This document shows, piece after piece, positions 27,988 through 41,180 of a stretch of 64,000 nucleotides of DNA. Below the pieces are notes generated by a model. It did not search any database and was not told where the DNA came from. It saw only the letters and a program-made list of their open reading frames with translations. Both the position numbers and the translations under genes were made by a program. The first letter of the stretch is position 1. Every line of letters starts with the position of its first letter. Origin of the DNA: Terrimicrobiaceae bacterium (GTDB lineage: Bacteria > Verrucomicrobiota > Verrucomicrobiia > Chthoniobacterales > Terrimicrobiaceae); assembly GCA_044342325.1 (NCBI GenBank), contig JBIIPZ010000003.1:1-64000 (forward strand), written 5' to 3'.

Positions 27988-29271
27988 CTACTCGTGCGCC
28001 TCTCGCAGGCGGCGGACTTGGAGAAGTGTTATGAGGTTGAGCAGAAAAAGGGCAGCAAAGTAGATGCTGTGGCGTTTCCAGTGGAGGGCGCCTGTGACGA
28101 CTTCATAGGTGCCGATGAAGTCGAGCGAAATACCCCAGACGACCGGTGCAGCGCCCAGGCCGAGGCTGCTGATCACTGTGAAGAGGGCAAAAAAGTGATT
28201 ACGCCCCATCTGAGGCATGGTTGCGAAGATGATCCTTGCGTTGGCTACATTGAAAGCAGCTCCGGCGACGCCACAGATGAAGTTCAAAAGACAAATGACA
28301 TGCCATTTGCAAGGTATGATGCCGGCAGCAACTAAGAACCAACCGGCTATGGCTCCACCAAAAAGAATGAGCGCCGCCGCAAGCACGGGCTTGCCGCCAA
28401 GACGCTCCAGCATTTTTCCGAGAAAGGGCAGGCTCGCGAGCGCCCCGATGAAGGAAACACCAGTAAGATAAAGGACCTTGGAGACACTAAATTCCGGAAA
28501 CTCGTGTAGATACTCCACGGTGAAAACTCCCAAACTGCCGACCACGATGACGAAGGACAGGTTGAAGAGCAGAAGGGAAAAAAACGGGGGGTAAAAAAGA
28601 ATCTGCTTCCAAGGCACAGGCTCGGAGGATTTCCGCATCTGCTCGCTGCCACACACATCAGGGATTCGCTTGATGAAAAAAAGAGCTGCGGTGCCAGACA
28701 AGGCGCTCACCAGAAAGACAAGCGAGTATTCCACGGAGGCCACGCTGCCGGACATGAGTAGTGCCGAACAGAGAAGCGCCATCAGCGAGCCACCGAACAT
28801 GAAAATCTGATCACGGGACAAGAAAACCGGCTTCTCGTCTTCGGGTATGAGAGCGGCGATCCATGGCATCCAGGCGGTGGACGCTATGCCTCGCAAGAAA
28901 TTGAACACGAAGAGCGACGCAACCAAGAGAACGATTTTTGCGACTTCATTGAGAAAAAGAAGTATTGGCACAGCAGCCACAATAAAAATGAAAATAGTCC
29001 GCAGTCCCCAACCCATTAAAACGAAACGCTTGTAGCCGTAAACCGGCAGCCACTTGGCGGCTGGCAACTGGAGCACCGTCATGAGAGGAGTGAATGCGGC
29101 GAGAATGCCGATCACACTGGATGTGGCCCCGATGCTCTTCGCGTAAAGGATCATAGGCGCTCCCAGGATGATCTGAAAAGACAACGCGTTCAGGAGTGAG
29201 AACCAGTGGATACTGTAGAATCCCGAAGATGTCTGCTGTTTCAATGGTCGAGTGACGACGCTTGCAAGCAC
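27988..29271 (-). CDS. MFS transporter
   Basis: 427 aa with about 12 hydrophobic segments; GKMLERLGGKP loop motif. Confidence 0.8.
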   Translation of the reverse strand: MLASVVTRPLKQQTSSGFYSIHWFSLLNALSFQIILGAPMILYAKSIGATSSVIGILAAFTPLMTVLQLPAAKWLPVYGYKRFVLMGWGLRTIFIFIVAAVPILLFLNEVAKIVLLVASLFVFNFLRGIASTAWMPWIAALIPEDEKPVFLSRDQIFMFGGSLMALLCSALLMSGSVASVEYSLVFLVSALSGTAALFFIKRIPDVCGSEQMRKSSEPVPWKQILFYPPFFSLLLFNLSFVIVVGSLGVFTVEYLHEFPEFSVSKVLYLTGVSFIGALASLPFLGKMLERLGGKPVLAAALILFGGAIAGWFLVAAGIIPCKWHVICLLNFICGVAGAAFNVANARIIFATMPQMGRNHFFALFTVISSLGLGAAPVVWGISLDFIGTYEVVTGALHWKRHSIYFAALFLLNLITLLQVRRLREAHE

Positions 29272-29295
29272 CGTCGGAAAGGCATCACTAAGCGG

Positions 29296-29673
29296 TTACT
29301 GGGGGAGCGCAGGCTGTGACTCAGCGCCAGCGGCCAGGGATGGCAAAATGTAAGGCGCTCCCGGGCGATAGATCGGAGCATCGGTCTTGGGAGGCTGGAT
29401 GAGACTGCGCTGGATGTAAACTGGGTTTGGCGCAGCCGTGAGATTGTAGCTTCCCTTGCCGTCCGGCATCATCGGCGTTCCCCAGCGTGTGCGGCAGACG
29501 ACCTCTTGGGCTTTGACGGGCGTTCCGTTGAGTGTGTGGTTCTTCATCTCAGGCAATTCAGGCGCTGTGAATGTGCTGATGATGGAACCGCCGGCGATGA
29601 GCAGAGGGATCATGATGAGAAACACGATAAGGCCATTCTGCAGCGAAATGCAATGTCGTCGCTTGAGGCTCAT
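29296..29673 (-). CDS. Hypothetical protein with a single N-terminal TM/signal segment
   Basis: 125 aa ORF filling the gap between MFS and the next gene; no recognisable family. Confidence 0.45.
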   Translation of the reverse strand: MSLKRRHCISLQNGLIVFLIMIPLLIAGGSIISTFTAPELPEMKNHTLNGTPVKAQEVVCRTRWGTPMMPDGKGSYNLTAAPNPVYIQRSLIQPPKTDAPIYRPGAPYILPSLAAGAESQPALPQ

Positions 29674-29720
29674 GAAGTTTTCTTCGTGATCCGGCGGCGA
29701 TATTTTGAGTTTCTTAAAAA

Positions 29721-30968
29721 ATGAACGCCATCCTTGTTTCAGGCCTGCTCCCGTTTGCCCTTGCTTCCAGCCCGGCGGAGGGTTGGATCAATGCCGCATT
29801 GCGCTTGGCCTCCCTGCTCGGTGGCATCTGGCTACTGTGGGCGGCGATCGCTGCGGCTGTGGGAGTCATGCTTGTGCCAAGGCCAACATCGAGCCTGCTG
29901 ACGAGGTGGCTTTCCAAGGGCATGTATGTCTTTTTCCACTTCTGCGCTTCACGGATGAGGAACTACGAGATGCTCGACAGGTTCCTCGCTGTGCAAGGCC
30001 CCTCAACCGTTTTGTTTTTTCTGGCAGTCTTTCTCGGGATTTTTGTGGCTGCCTTTGCGTTCATTTTCTATGGCATCACCGGCCTGGCTTTCTCCCAAGC
30101 CCTAAGTCAGGCAGGCTCAGGACTCACGGCACTGGGCATCACGGAATCACTCGGACCCTGGGGACTCGCGGTGGTTTTTGTAGCGGCATTCATGGGCAGC
30201 ACGGTGATCTGCGTATTCATCGGCTACCTGCTAACCCTCTACTCGGCCTACACGGCGAGGGAGACCACCATGAGCGAACTCGCACTGCTCTGCGGCGAGC
30301 CGTCCTGGGGCCCCGAGTTTCTTGTCCGTCTCAAACTCATCCAAGGATCGGTCGACGCGACATCCAGCGAAAAGCTGATCGACTGGATGTGCGGCCTGCG
30401 CGTTACGCATTACATTTATTCGATCCTGAATCATTTCCGTTCACCAACTCCAAACCGACATTGGGTCATTACACTTCTGAGCGTTCTGGATGCCGCGGCG
30501 ATCCGTCTCGCGGCGACGCGCGAGGAACCGGACCTGAAACTTGTGCGACTGATTGCCGAGGGGGCGGACACACTCCACATGCTCCGACTCAGCGAGCTTG
30601 CACGCACAAATGCTCGAATTGACGGTCAGGGCATGAGCACATGGCGTATTGAATCCGCAATCCTCCACCGCCAGGCGGAGTCTGACGAATCGGCTCAGGA
30701 TCCAGGCATCACTCGCAGCGAGTGGGACTGGGCGATGGGATTTCTAGTCGAGAACGGAATTACCCTGCGGGATGACTGCGAGGCATCATGGAAGATTTTC
30801 TGCCGGCTAAGGTCGCACTACTACGAACCCGCCTACTTCCTCGCGGAGACGCTTTTTGCTGTTCACGCCCCGTGGTCAGGCCCTCGAAGCCTGAAAGCTG
30901 CCTCCGGCTCGACCAATCTATGGCCGCAATTGGCTGGGCAGAGGCTGCGCACGAATCCCATCGCCTGA
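29721..30968 (+). CDS. Membrane protein resembling degenerate potassium-channel-family proteins
   Basis: TM-pore helix-TM pattern (SQAGSGLTALGI), then YSAYTARE, HFRSPTPNRHW, LDAAA. Confidence 0.6.
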   Translation: MNAILVSGLLPFALASSPAEGWINAALRLASLLGGIWLLWAAIAAAVGVMLVPRPTSSLLTRWLSKGMYVFFHFCASRMRNYEMLDRFLAVQGPSTVLFFLAVFLGIFVAAFAFIFYGITGLAFSQALSQAGSGLTALGITESLGPWGLAVVFVAAFMGSTVICVFIGYLLTLYSAYTARETTMSELALLCGEPSWGPEFLVRLKLIQGSVDATSSEKLIDWMCGLRVTHYIYSILNHFRSPTPNRHWVITLLSVLDAAAIRLAATREEPDLKLVRLIAEGADTLHMLRLSELARTNARIDGQGMSTWRIESAILHRQAESDESAQDPGITRSEWDWAMGFLVENGITLRDDCEASWKIFCRLRSHYYEPAYFLAETLFAVHAPWSGPRSLKAASGSTNLWPQLAGQRLRTNPIA

Positions 30969-30975
30969 TGTAGAG

Positions 30976-31386
30976 TCAGTTTTTCGAGCGGGTCAGCACG
31001 AATGTTTCCTGATCCCTCGTGCTGAACGGCACGGCATCCGAGTAGAAGCCGACAAGGGTGTTTCCCTTCTTCTTCAAAACCGCAGAGTAATAGGCCCAGC
31101 CATTTTCGGACATGACCAGATAAACATCCTCGCCCTTCACATGGCCCTCGACGGTGTAGAGACCGATTGTTCCAGTGATGCGGCTGGCGCTTTGCTGAAA
31201 TTTCGCCTCGCCCCAGCCTTCGTCGTCAGGCGTCCAGTTTCCCGCGACGCGCATGTGGCCGGAGGAGGAATTGGCGGCGAGCCAGGCTTGGGCGGCGGTA
31301 TTGTTTTTGGCGTAGCGCTCCTTGGTATTGCAACCGACGAGACCAATCGAGAGCACGAGGGAGGTGAGGCAGAGGAACTTCAACAT
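30976..31386 (-). CDS. Hypothetical lipoprotein
   Basis: Signal peptide ending in lipobox LVGC; beta-rich mature part. Confidence 0.7.
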   Translation of the reverse strand: MLKFLCLTSLVLSIGLVGCNTKERYAKNNTAAQAWLAANSSSGHMRVAGNWTPDDEGWGEAKFQQSASRITGTIGLYTVEGHVKGEDVYLVMSENGWAYYSAVLKKKGNTLVGFYSDAVPFSTRDQETFVLTRSKN

Positions 31387-31503
31387 GCGTTTTATATCCG
31401 CCGTGTTTTGCCGAAGGACAAGTGGAATGATGCAAATCCCCGCGAATTTTGACGGGCGGGTTGCGCCAACGCGATTCCTCGGGTTTAAATACCCGCCTTC
31501 ATC

Positions 31504-34795
<3,292 letters not shown>

Positions 34796-34798
34796 AAA

Positions 34799-35743
34799 AT
34801 GAGCTCATCGCTGGACCTTCTCCACATCATGCTCCCGGTATTTCTGGTCTTCGCATCCGGATACGCCCTGCGCCGGGCCGGAGTTTTAACCGAGGAGGGC
34901 GATCGCTCTTTGCTCGGCGTTCATGTGAATCTCTTCGTCCCCTGCCTCGCGCTGGATGTCATTATTGGCAATGAGGCTCTGGAGCGACCGGCCAACTGGA
35001 TTTTACCGCCGCTCCTCGGATTTCTTGTGCCCGCTATGGGTTACATGGTCTGCCTCGCGGGCGGTCGGCTGTTTTTGAAGGATAGCAAAACGGCACGCAC
35101 ATTCGCATCCGTCGCAGGACTTCAGAATTACGGCTACATCGCACTCCCAATCTGTCTGGCACTTTTCGACCGCGATGTCATGGGCGTGCTGATGGCGTTC
35201 AATCTGGGAGTGGACATCGCAATGTGGACTTTGGGCCTCGCGCTCCTGCCTGGCGGGGATACGAAAAGAGATTGGAAAAAAATCCTCCTCAGCCCGCCGA
35301 TTATTTCAGTCGCTACCGGCATTGCCTTGAACGCAATGGGAGCCGGGCGTTGGGTGCCGCAGGCAGTAGACGGAGCCTGGCACATGCTCGGAATCTGCGC
35401 CGTTCCCGTTGGGCTTCTTGTTACCGGCGCAGTGCTTGCGGATCACATGAGCCCAGGGATTTTGCGAAGCGGATGGAAAACAATTGGCCTCGCGCTGGTG
35501 CTGCGCCTTGGTTTGTTGCCAGCATTAATCCTTGCTCTTGGCCTCTGGCTTCCACTCGACCCTTCGCTCCGTAAAGTCCTTGTGGTTCAATCCGCCATGC
35601 CAAGCGCCATTTTTCCCGTGGTGCTCGCCAAAATGCATGGCGCCGACATGCCCACCGCCCTGCGAATCGTCGTAGGGACTTCACTCGCCAGCCTTGTCAC
35701 CATTCCGTTCTGGCTGGACTGGGCGATGAAATTCCTTCATTAG
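34799..35743 (+). CDS. AEC (auxin efflux carrier) family transporter
   Basis: QNYGYIALPI, SPPIIS, QSAMPSA; about 10 TM. Confidence 0.87.
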   Translation: MSSSLDLLHIMLPVFLVFASGYALRRAGVLTEEGDRSLLGVHVNLFVPCLALDVIIGNEALERPANWILPPLLGFLVPAMGYMVCLAGGRLFLKDSKTARTFASVAGLQNYGYIALPICLALFDRDVMGVLMAFNLGVDIAMWTLGLALLPGGDTKRDWKKILLSPPIISVATGIALNAMGAGRWVPQAVDGAWHMLGICAVPVGLLVTGAVLADHMSPGILRSGWKTIGLALVLRLGLLPALILALGLWLPLDPSLRKVLVVQSAMPSAIFPVVLAKMHGADMPTALRIVVGTSLASLVTIPFWLDWAMKFLH

Positions 35744-35755
35744 ACCGATACACAC

Positions 35756-36406
35756 TCAACGAACCACACGGAAGTGGCGCTGACGGTATTTGACCCAGCA
35801 GAAACCAGCGAGCGCGCCGCCAATGTGAGCGCCGTTGCCGATGTCGTTGAAGAGGCCTGTCAGCAGAAAGAAGAGGGAAAGCCCGACGACCATAATGCCA
35901 AGCCACATGGCCTGCATACGGACGGGTATAACAAAGAAGAGCAGAGCAGTTATGGGCATTCGCGGGTAGAGCGTGGAGAAGGCTGCGACTAGTCCTGAAA
36001 CCGCTCCAGAAGCTCCGATCAAGGTCGGACCAGGGTTGATCATCAATTGCAACACGCCGCCGGCGACACCGCAGAGAAGGTAGAGAAAAACAAAACTCCG
36101 CGCTCCCAGAACGCGCTCGAGGATATTTCCCGTGAACCAAAGGCCCATCATATTCACGGCGAGGTGGAGAATTCCTGCATGAAGAAACTGATAGGTGATA
36201 AACTGCCACAGCATCCCCTCCCCCAGTCCGGCGCCACTCAAACCGAGGAGATGGTCAGCCGCCGCCTGCTGCCGCTGCGGCAGGATTTCTATAAAAACAA
36301 AGGCCAGAATATTCAGGCCGATGAGGGCCTTTACCGGTGTGAGTTGGATGTTTCGGTAGCGGTTTAGCACGGGCGGAAAGTAGTAGCCGCATGGAGGAAT
36401 GTCCAT
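35756..36406 (-). CDS. Rhomboid family intramembrane serine protease
   Basis: WQFITYQFLH, HLAVNM, GASG, AHIGG. Confidence 0.92.
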   Translation of the reverse strand: MDIPPCGYYFPPVLNRYRNIQLTPVKALIGLNILAFVFIEILPQRQQAAADHLLGLSGAGLGEGMLWQFITYQFLHAGILHLAVNMMGLWFTGNILERVLGARSFVFLYLLCGVAGGVLQLMINPGPTLIGASGAVSGLVAAFSTLYPRMPITALLFFVIPVRMQAMWLGIMVVGLSLFFLLTGLFNDIGNGAHIGGALAGFCWVKYRQRHFRVVR

Positions 36407-36430
36407 ACGGAGACAGCCTGCCTGGGCGGG

Positions 36431-37968
36431 TTAGGATTTTCCAAACGGCAAATGGAATCGCGCGCCCTTGGTGCTGGTGGAATGGGCTCCGGGATTCAAG
36501 CGCTGCTCGGTGTAGCGGGCGAGGCGCACGAATGGCAGGCCGATGAGGAGATAGAAAGCCGCAACCAACAACCCCGCGCCGAAGTAGTCGAATGTCTGGG
36601 TGGCGATTTGCTTATAGGCACCGGTGAGGTCGACCAGCGTGACCATGGAGACGAGAGAGGAGTCTTTGAGGAGGCTGATGAAGTCGTTCGTCACGGGCGG
36701 CAACACGAGACGGAAGGACTGCGGAATCACGACATGGAAGAGACCCTGCCGCTGCGTCATGCCAAGCGCGCGGGCGGCTTCCATTTGGCCCTTGGGGATG
36801 GCGAGCAAACCGGCGCGGTAGTTTTCGGCTTCGTAGGCGGCGTAGTTCAGGGCAAGGCCGAGCACACCGGCCACGAATGGCTCGAGTTTGATGCCGATAT
36901 TCGGCAGTCCATAGAAAAGGATGAGCAACTGAATGAGCAGCGGAGTGCCGCGAATCAGCTCGATATAGAGTGTGGCGAGCCACCTGATAGGAAATGGGCC
37001 GTAGACCCTCATAATGGCGAGAGTGAACCCCAGCAGGACGGCTCCAACCATGCCGAGGAGGCTGACTTCGACCGTCAAAAGCGAGGCCTCCAGCAGCAGT
37101 GGCCAGAAGCGGGTGTAGCCGATGATGCGGTTCAAAAGGGTGGGTTGCTCGGCCGTGGAGGCCACAAAGGCCCGATACTCGGTGTCGGGAAGCGAGGGAT
37201 CCTCCGGTTGTCCGAATGTGTCGGCGACCATCGCGGTCCAGAGTCCCCAGCGCGAGAGGATGTCGCGCATTTCTCCGCTGGCGATGACACGGGCGAGCGC
37301 GGCGTTCATTTCAGCCACGAGGGCGGAGTTCCCCTTCGAGAGGGCGATCCCGTAGCTGATCTGGCCGAACGGCGGGCCGGTGAATTTCAGGTTCGGATTG
37401 GCAAAGGCGTAATATTTCGCAATCGGATAATCGAGGAGCACACCGAAGATACGGCCGTTCGCAACATCCGCATAGGCGTTCACCTCCTCGTCGTAGGTTT
37501 TGACGATGACTCCGGGAGTTTTGGAGAGCATGTTGAACGAGGCCGTCTGACTGAGGGTGCCGACTGGTTTGCCTATGAGCTGCTCGAGGCTGGTGACCGG
37601 ATCGGTGCCTTTCTTCACGACGAATTGCTCGTAGGTCACATAGTAGGGATTTGTGAAAAGCACCTCCTGCGCCTTGTCAGGAGTCACCTCGATACCGCAG
37701 ATGACACAGTCGTAGAGTCCTCGGCCGAGGCCGGGAATGAGGCCGTCCCAGTCATTGGGCACGAAAACAGGCTCGCGCCCCATCTCGCGGGCGATGGCCT
37801 GGATGACCTCGTATTCAAAGCCGGTCAGCTTGTTGCCGGGGCCATAGAAGGCATAGGGCGCGTTGCTGTCAGTCGCCGCCGCCCAGCGGAGAGTCTTGGT
37901 GTCGGCCAGCGCGGAGGATTGCAGAATGACAGCCAGTGCCAGCAACAGAAGTAGGGTGATTTTTTTCA

Positions 37969-37969
<1 letters not shown>
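36431..37969 (-). CDS. Polar amino-acid ABC transporter, fused substrate-binding protein and permease
   Basis: Signal peptide, SBP family 3 domain (GFEYE, WDGLIPGL), then IRGTPLLIQL and EAARALGM. Confidence 0.9.
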
Positions 37970-38736
<767 letters not shown>

Positions 38737-38867
38737 TGGTGGCGATGTCCTATGCTGGGCCTTGGCAGGAAACAAGGTCTGAAATGTGACCAATTTGTTG
38801 AAAATGCGGAGGCACTCTTAGGAATACAGCCTTTCCATTCCCTGCCACAGTCCTTTAGCGTTACATC

Positions 38868-39665
38868 ATGAAATACGCGTTTCTCGGAGCAGGAAAAATG
38901 GCATCCGCCATCATTCAAGGAATGTTGCGCGGCAAGGTCTGCAATGCGGAGGACATCATCGCCTCATGTCCAGAAGTGTCGATTCTGCAAAGCCTTCAGG
39001 ATGCCACCTCGGTGCGCGTAACAACCTCAAATGAACAGGCCGCAGGCGCAGCTCCCGTTTTGATCCTTTGCGTTAAGCCGCAGGAGGCCGCGACCGCCAT
39101 TGGACAGGCCGGTGCGGCCCTTGATGGAAAACTCCTCATCTCGATTGCTGCGGGACTTAGTCTGGCAACCTTGGAAAAAATGGCACCGAAATGCCGCATC
39201 ATTCGTGCCATGCCAAATACGCCCGCCCTCATCGGCCGAGCCGCGACGGCATTCACGGGTGCTGACAACGCCACTCAAGCCGACAGAGACTGCGCCGAGG
39301 CGATCTTCGCGAGTGTGGGGGTTGTTTCCTATGTTCAGGAAAAACTCCTCGATGCCGTCACCGGCCTGAGCGGGAGCGGCCCGGCTTATATTTTTCTGGT
39401 CATCGAAGCCCTCACAGATGGCGGAGTTTCTTGCGGACTTCCTACGAACTTGGCGCGCCAACTCGCCATCCAAACCGTGCTGGGAGCGGCCGAACTCGCC
39501 AAGGAAACCGGCGAGCATCCCGCTATTCTGCGCGAAATGGTGACGAGCCCCGGAGGAACCACTGCTGCTGCTCTCGGCGAACTGGAACAGCACGGAGTCC
39601 GCGCTGCGTTCATCCAAGCCGTCCGCGCCGCTGACCGGCGCTCGAAGGAACTCTCCGGACAATGA
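38868..39665 (+). CDS. proC: Pyrroline-5-carboxylate reductase
   Basis: GAGKMA, RAMPNTP, TGLSGSGPAY, VTSPGGTT. Confidence 0.96.
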   Translation: MKYAFLGAGKMASAIIQGMLRGKVCNAEDIIASCPEVSILQSLQDATSVRVTTSNEQAAGAAPVLILCVKPQEAATAIGQAGAALDGKLLISIAAGLSLATLEKMAPKCRIIRAMPNTPALIGRAATAFTGADNATQADRDCAEAIFASVGVVSYVQEKLLDAVTGLSGSGPAYIFLVIEALTDGGVSCGLPTNLARQLAIQTVLGAAELAKETGEHPAILREMVTSPGGTTAAALGELEQHGVRAAFIQAVRAADRRSKELSGQ

Positions 39666-40330
39666 TCCGCCGCGCTGCCGTTCGCTTGCTTCTAGCGGCA
39701 TGCTCAATGGGAATTGCACACAGCCTGTCTGCCGGAGAATCGGAGAAAAATTTTAGCCCTCGCACTCTAGCTGCAGCTATTGCGGAAGGGAATGTGGCTT
39801 TTGAACGGAAGGATTACAGCGCTGCACGAAACGCCTACTCCCGCGTTCTTGCTCTGGATCCGGACAACCTCATGGGTCTTGTGAACCTCGGCATGGTGGA
39901 ATTTTATTCAGGCCATCCCGACAAGGCGGAGGAACTACTGAAGAAGGCCGTCCGTCAGCGCCTCGAATCCGCTCCAGCCTGGCTCACGCTTGGCATGATC
40001 TACATGGACCGCAATGAACCGGACGCCGCCCTAGCCGCACTCTCACAAGCCATGGTGCAGGATCCGCTGAACGCCCGGACTCGCAATTTCCTCGGGGTTG
40101 TCATGGGGCGACGGGGTTGGATCGAAGGAGCCCAGCACGAACTCCGCCGCGCCGTCGAACTCGACCCCTCGTATGCGGATGCCCACTACAACCTAGCCGT
40201 TTTTTATCTGGAGGAAAAACCGCCCGCGATCGAGCTTTCCCGCCGACATTATCAGAAGGCTCTCGAACTCGGGGTTGAAAAAAATCCCGAAATGGAAAAG
40301 TTATTCAGCACACCGCCAAAAAAACCTTAA
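39662..40330 (+). CDS. Exported TPR repeat protein
   Basis: Signal peptide followed by tandem TPR-like helices (YADAHYNLAVFY). Confidence 0.85.
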   Translation: MIRRAAVRLLLAACSMGIAHSLSAGESEKNFSPRTLAAAIAEGNVAFERKDYSAARNAYSRVLALDPDNLMGLVNLGMVEFYSGHPDKAEELLKKAVRQRLESAPAWLTLGMIYMDRNEPDAALAALSQAMVQDPLNARTRNFLGVVMGRRGWIEGAQHELRRAVELDPSYADAHYNLAVFYLEEKPPAIELSRRHYQKALELGVEKNPEMEKLFSTPPKKP

Positions 40331-40339
40331 CTTCACGAC

Positions 40340-41173
40340 ATGACCGCCCGCCTGCTTCCAGCATTTCTTTGCCTCCTCGCCATCATCCCACTTCAAGCCG
40401 CACCCGTTCCAGAGATCAGCGCCAAGTCGGCGATTCTGGTGGATGCGAACACCGGCAAGGTCCTCTTCTCAAAAAACGACACCGCACAGCGCGCAGTCGC
40501 AAGCACTCAAAAGCTCCTCACTGCCCTCATCGTCGCCGAGGCTGGTGATCTGGACAAACGAGTCGAAGTCGAAGCTACGGACACAAACTGCGAGCCCACT
40601 AAAATCTATGTCAAACCAGGACAGAGCTACACACGGCGTGAACTTCTGAACGCCCTCCTAGTGAAGAGCGGCAATGATGTCGCCCGCACTCTTGCTCGCG
40701 ATAATGCCGGAAGCGTGAGCGCGTTTGCCGATAAAATGACTCAGCGCGTTCGCAGTCTTGGTGGGTCGAATTCAAATTTCGAGAATCCCAACGGACTGCC
40801 AGCCAAGGGGCAGTATTCTACCGCCCGCGATATGGCCCGCGTTGCCCGCATGGCCTACCGCAATCCAGCGCTTCGCGAGATCATGAGGACGAAAAATTAT
40901 AACTTCCGCTTTTCTTCAGGAAATGTCGTGCCTCTCCGCAACACAAACCGCGTCCTTCGCACCTACTCGTTCTGCAATGGAATGAAGACAGGTTACACAC
41001 ACCTGGCCGGCCATTGCCTCATCTCCAGCGGATCCTATAACGGGCGAGATGTCATAGCCGTCGTTCTCGGGAGCACAAAATCACGCATCGCCGACGAGTC
41101 GGCAAAACTTCTCGCCTACGGACTGAACATCCCTTCATCCAAGCTCGGCGCGCTGCGCATCTCGCAAAACTAA
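40340..41173 (+). CDS. D-alanyl-D-alanine carboxypeptidase (peptidase S11)
   Basis: STQK (SxxK), SGN (SxN), NPNGL, KTG. Confidence 0.92.
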   Translation: MTARLLPAFLCLLAIIPLQAAPVPEISAKSAILVDANTGKVLFSKNDTAQRAVASTQKLLTALIVAEAGDLDKRVEVEATDTNCEPTKIYVKPGQSYTRRELLNALLVKSGNDVARTLARDNAGSVSAFADKMTQRVRSLGGSNSNFENPNGLPAKGQYSTARDMARVARMAYRNPALREIMRTKNYNFRFSSGNVVPLRNTNRVLRTYSFCNGMKTGYTHLAGHCLISSGSYNGRDVIAVVLGSTKSRIADESAKLLAYGLNIPSSKLGALRISQN

Positions 41174-41180
41174 AACCGGC

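Noticed and set aside
36452..37954. 500-aa plus-strand ORF
   Set aside because: Antisense to the ABC substrate-binding/permease fusion
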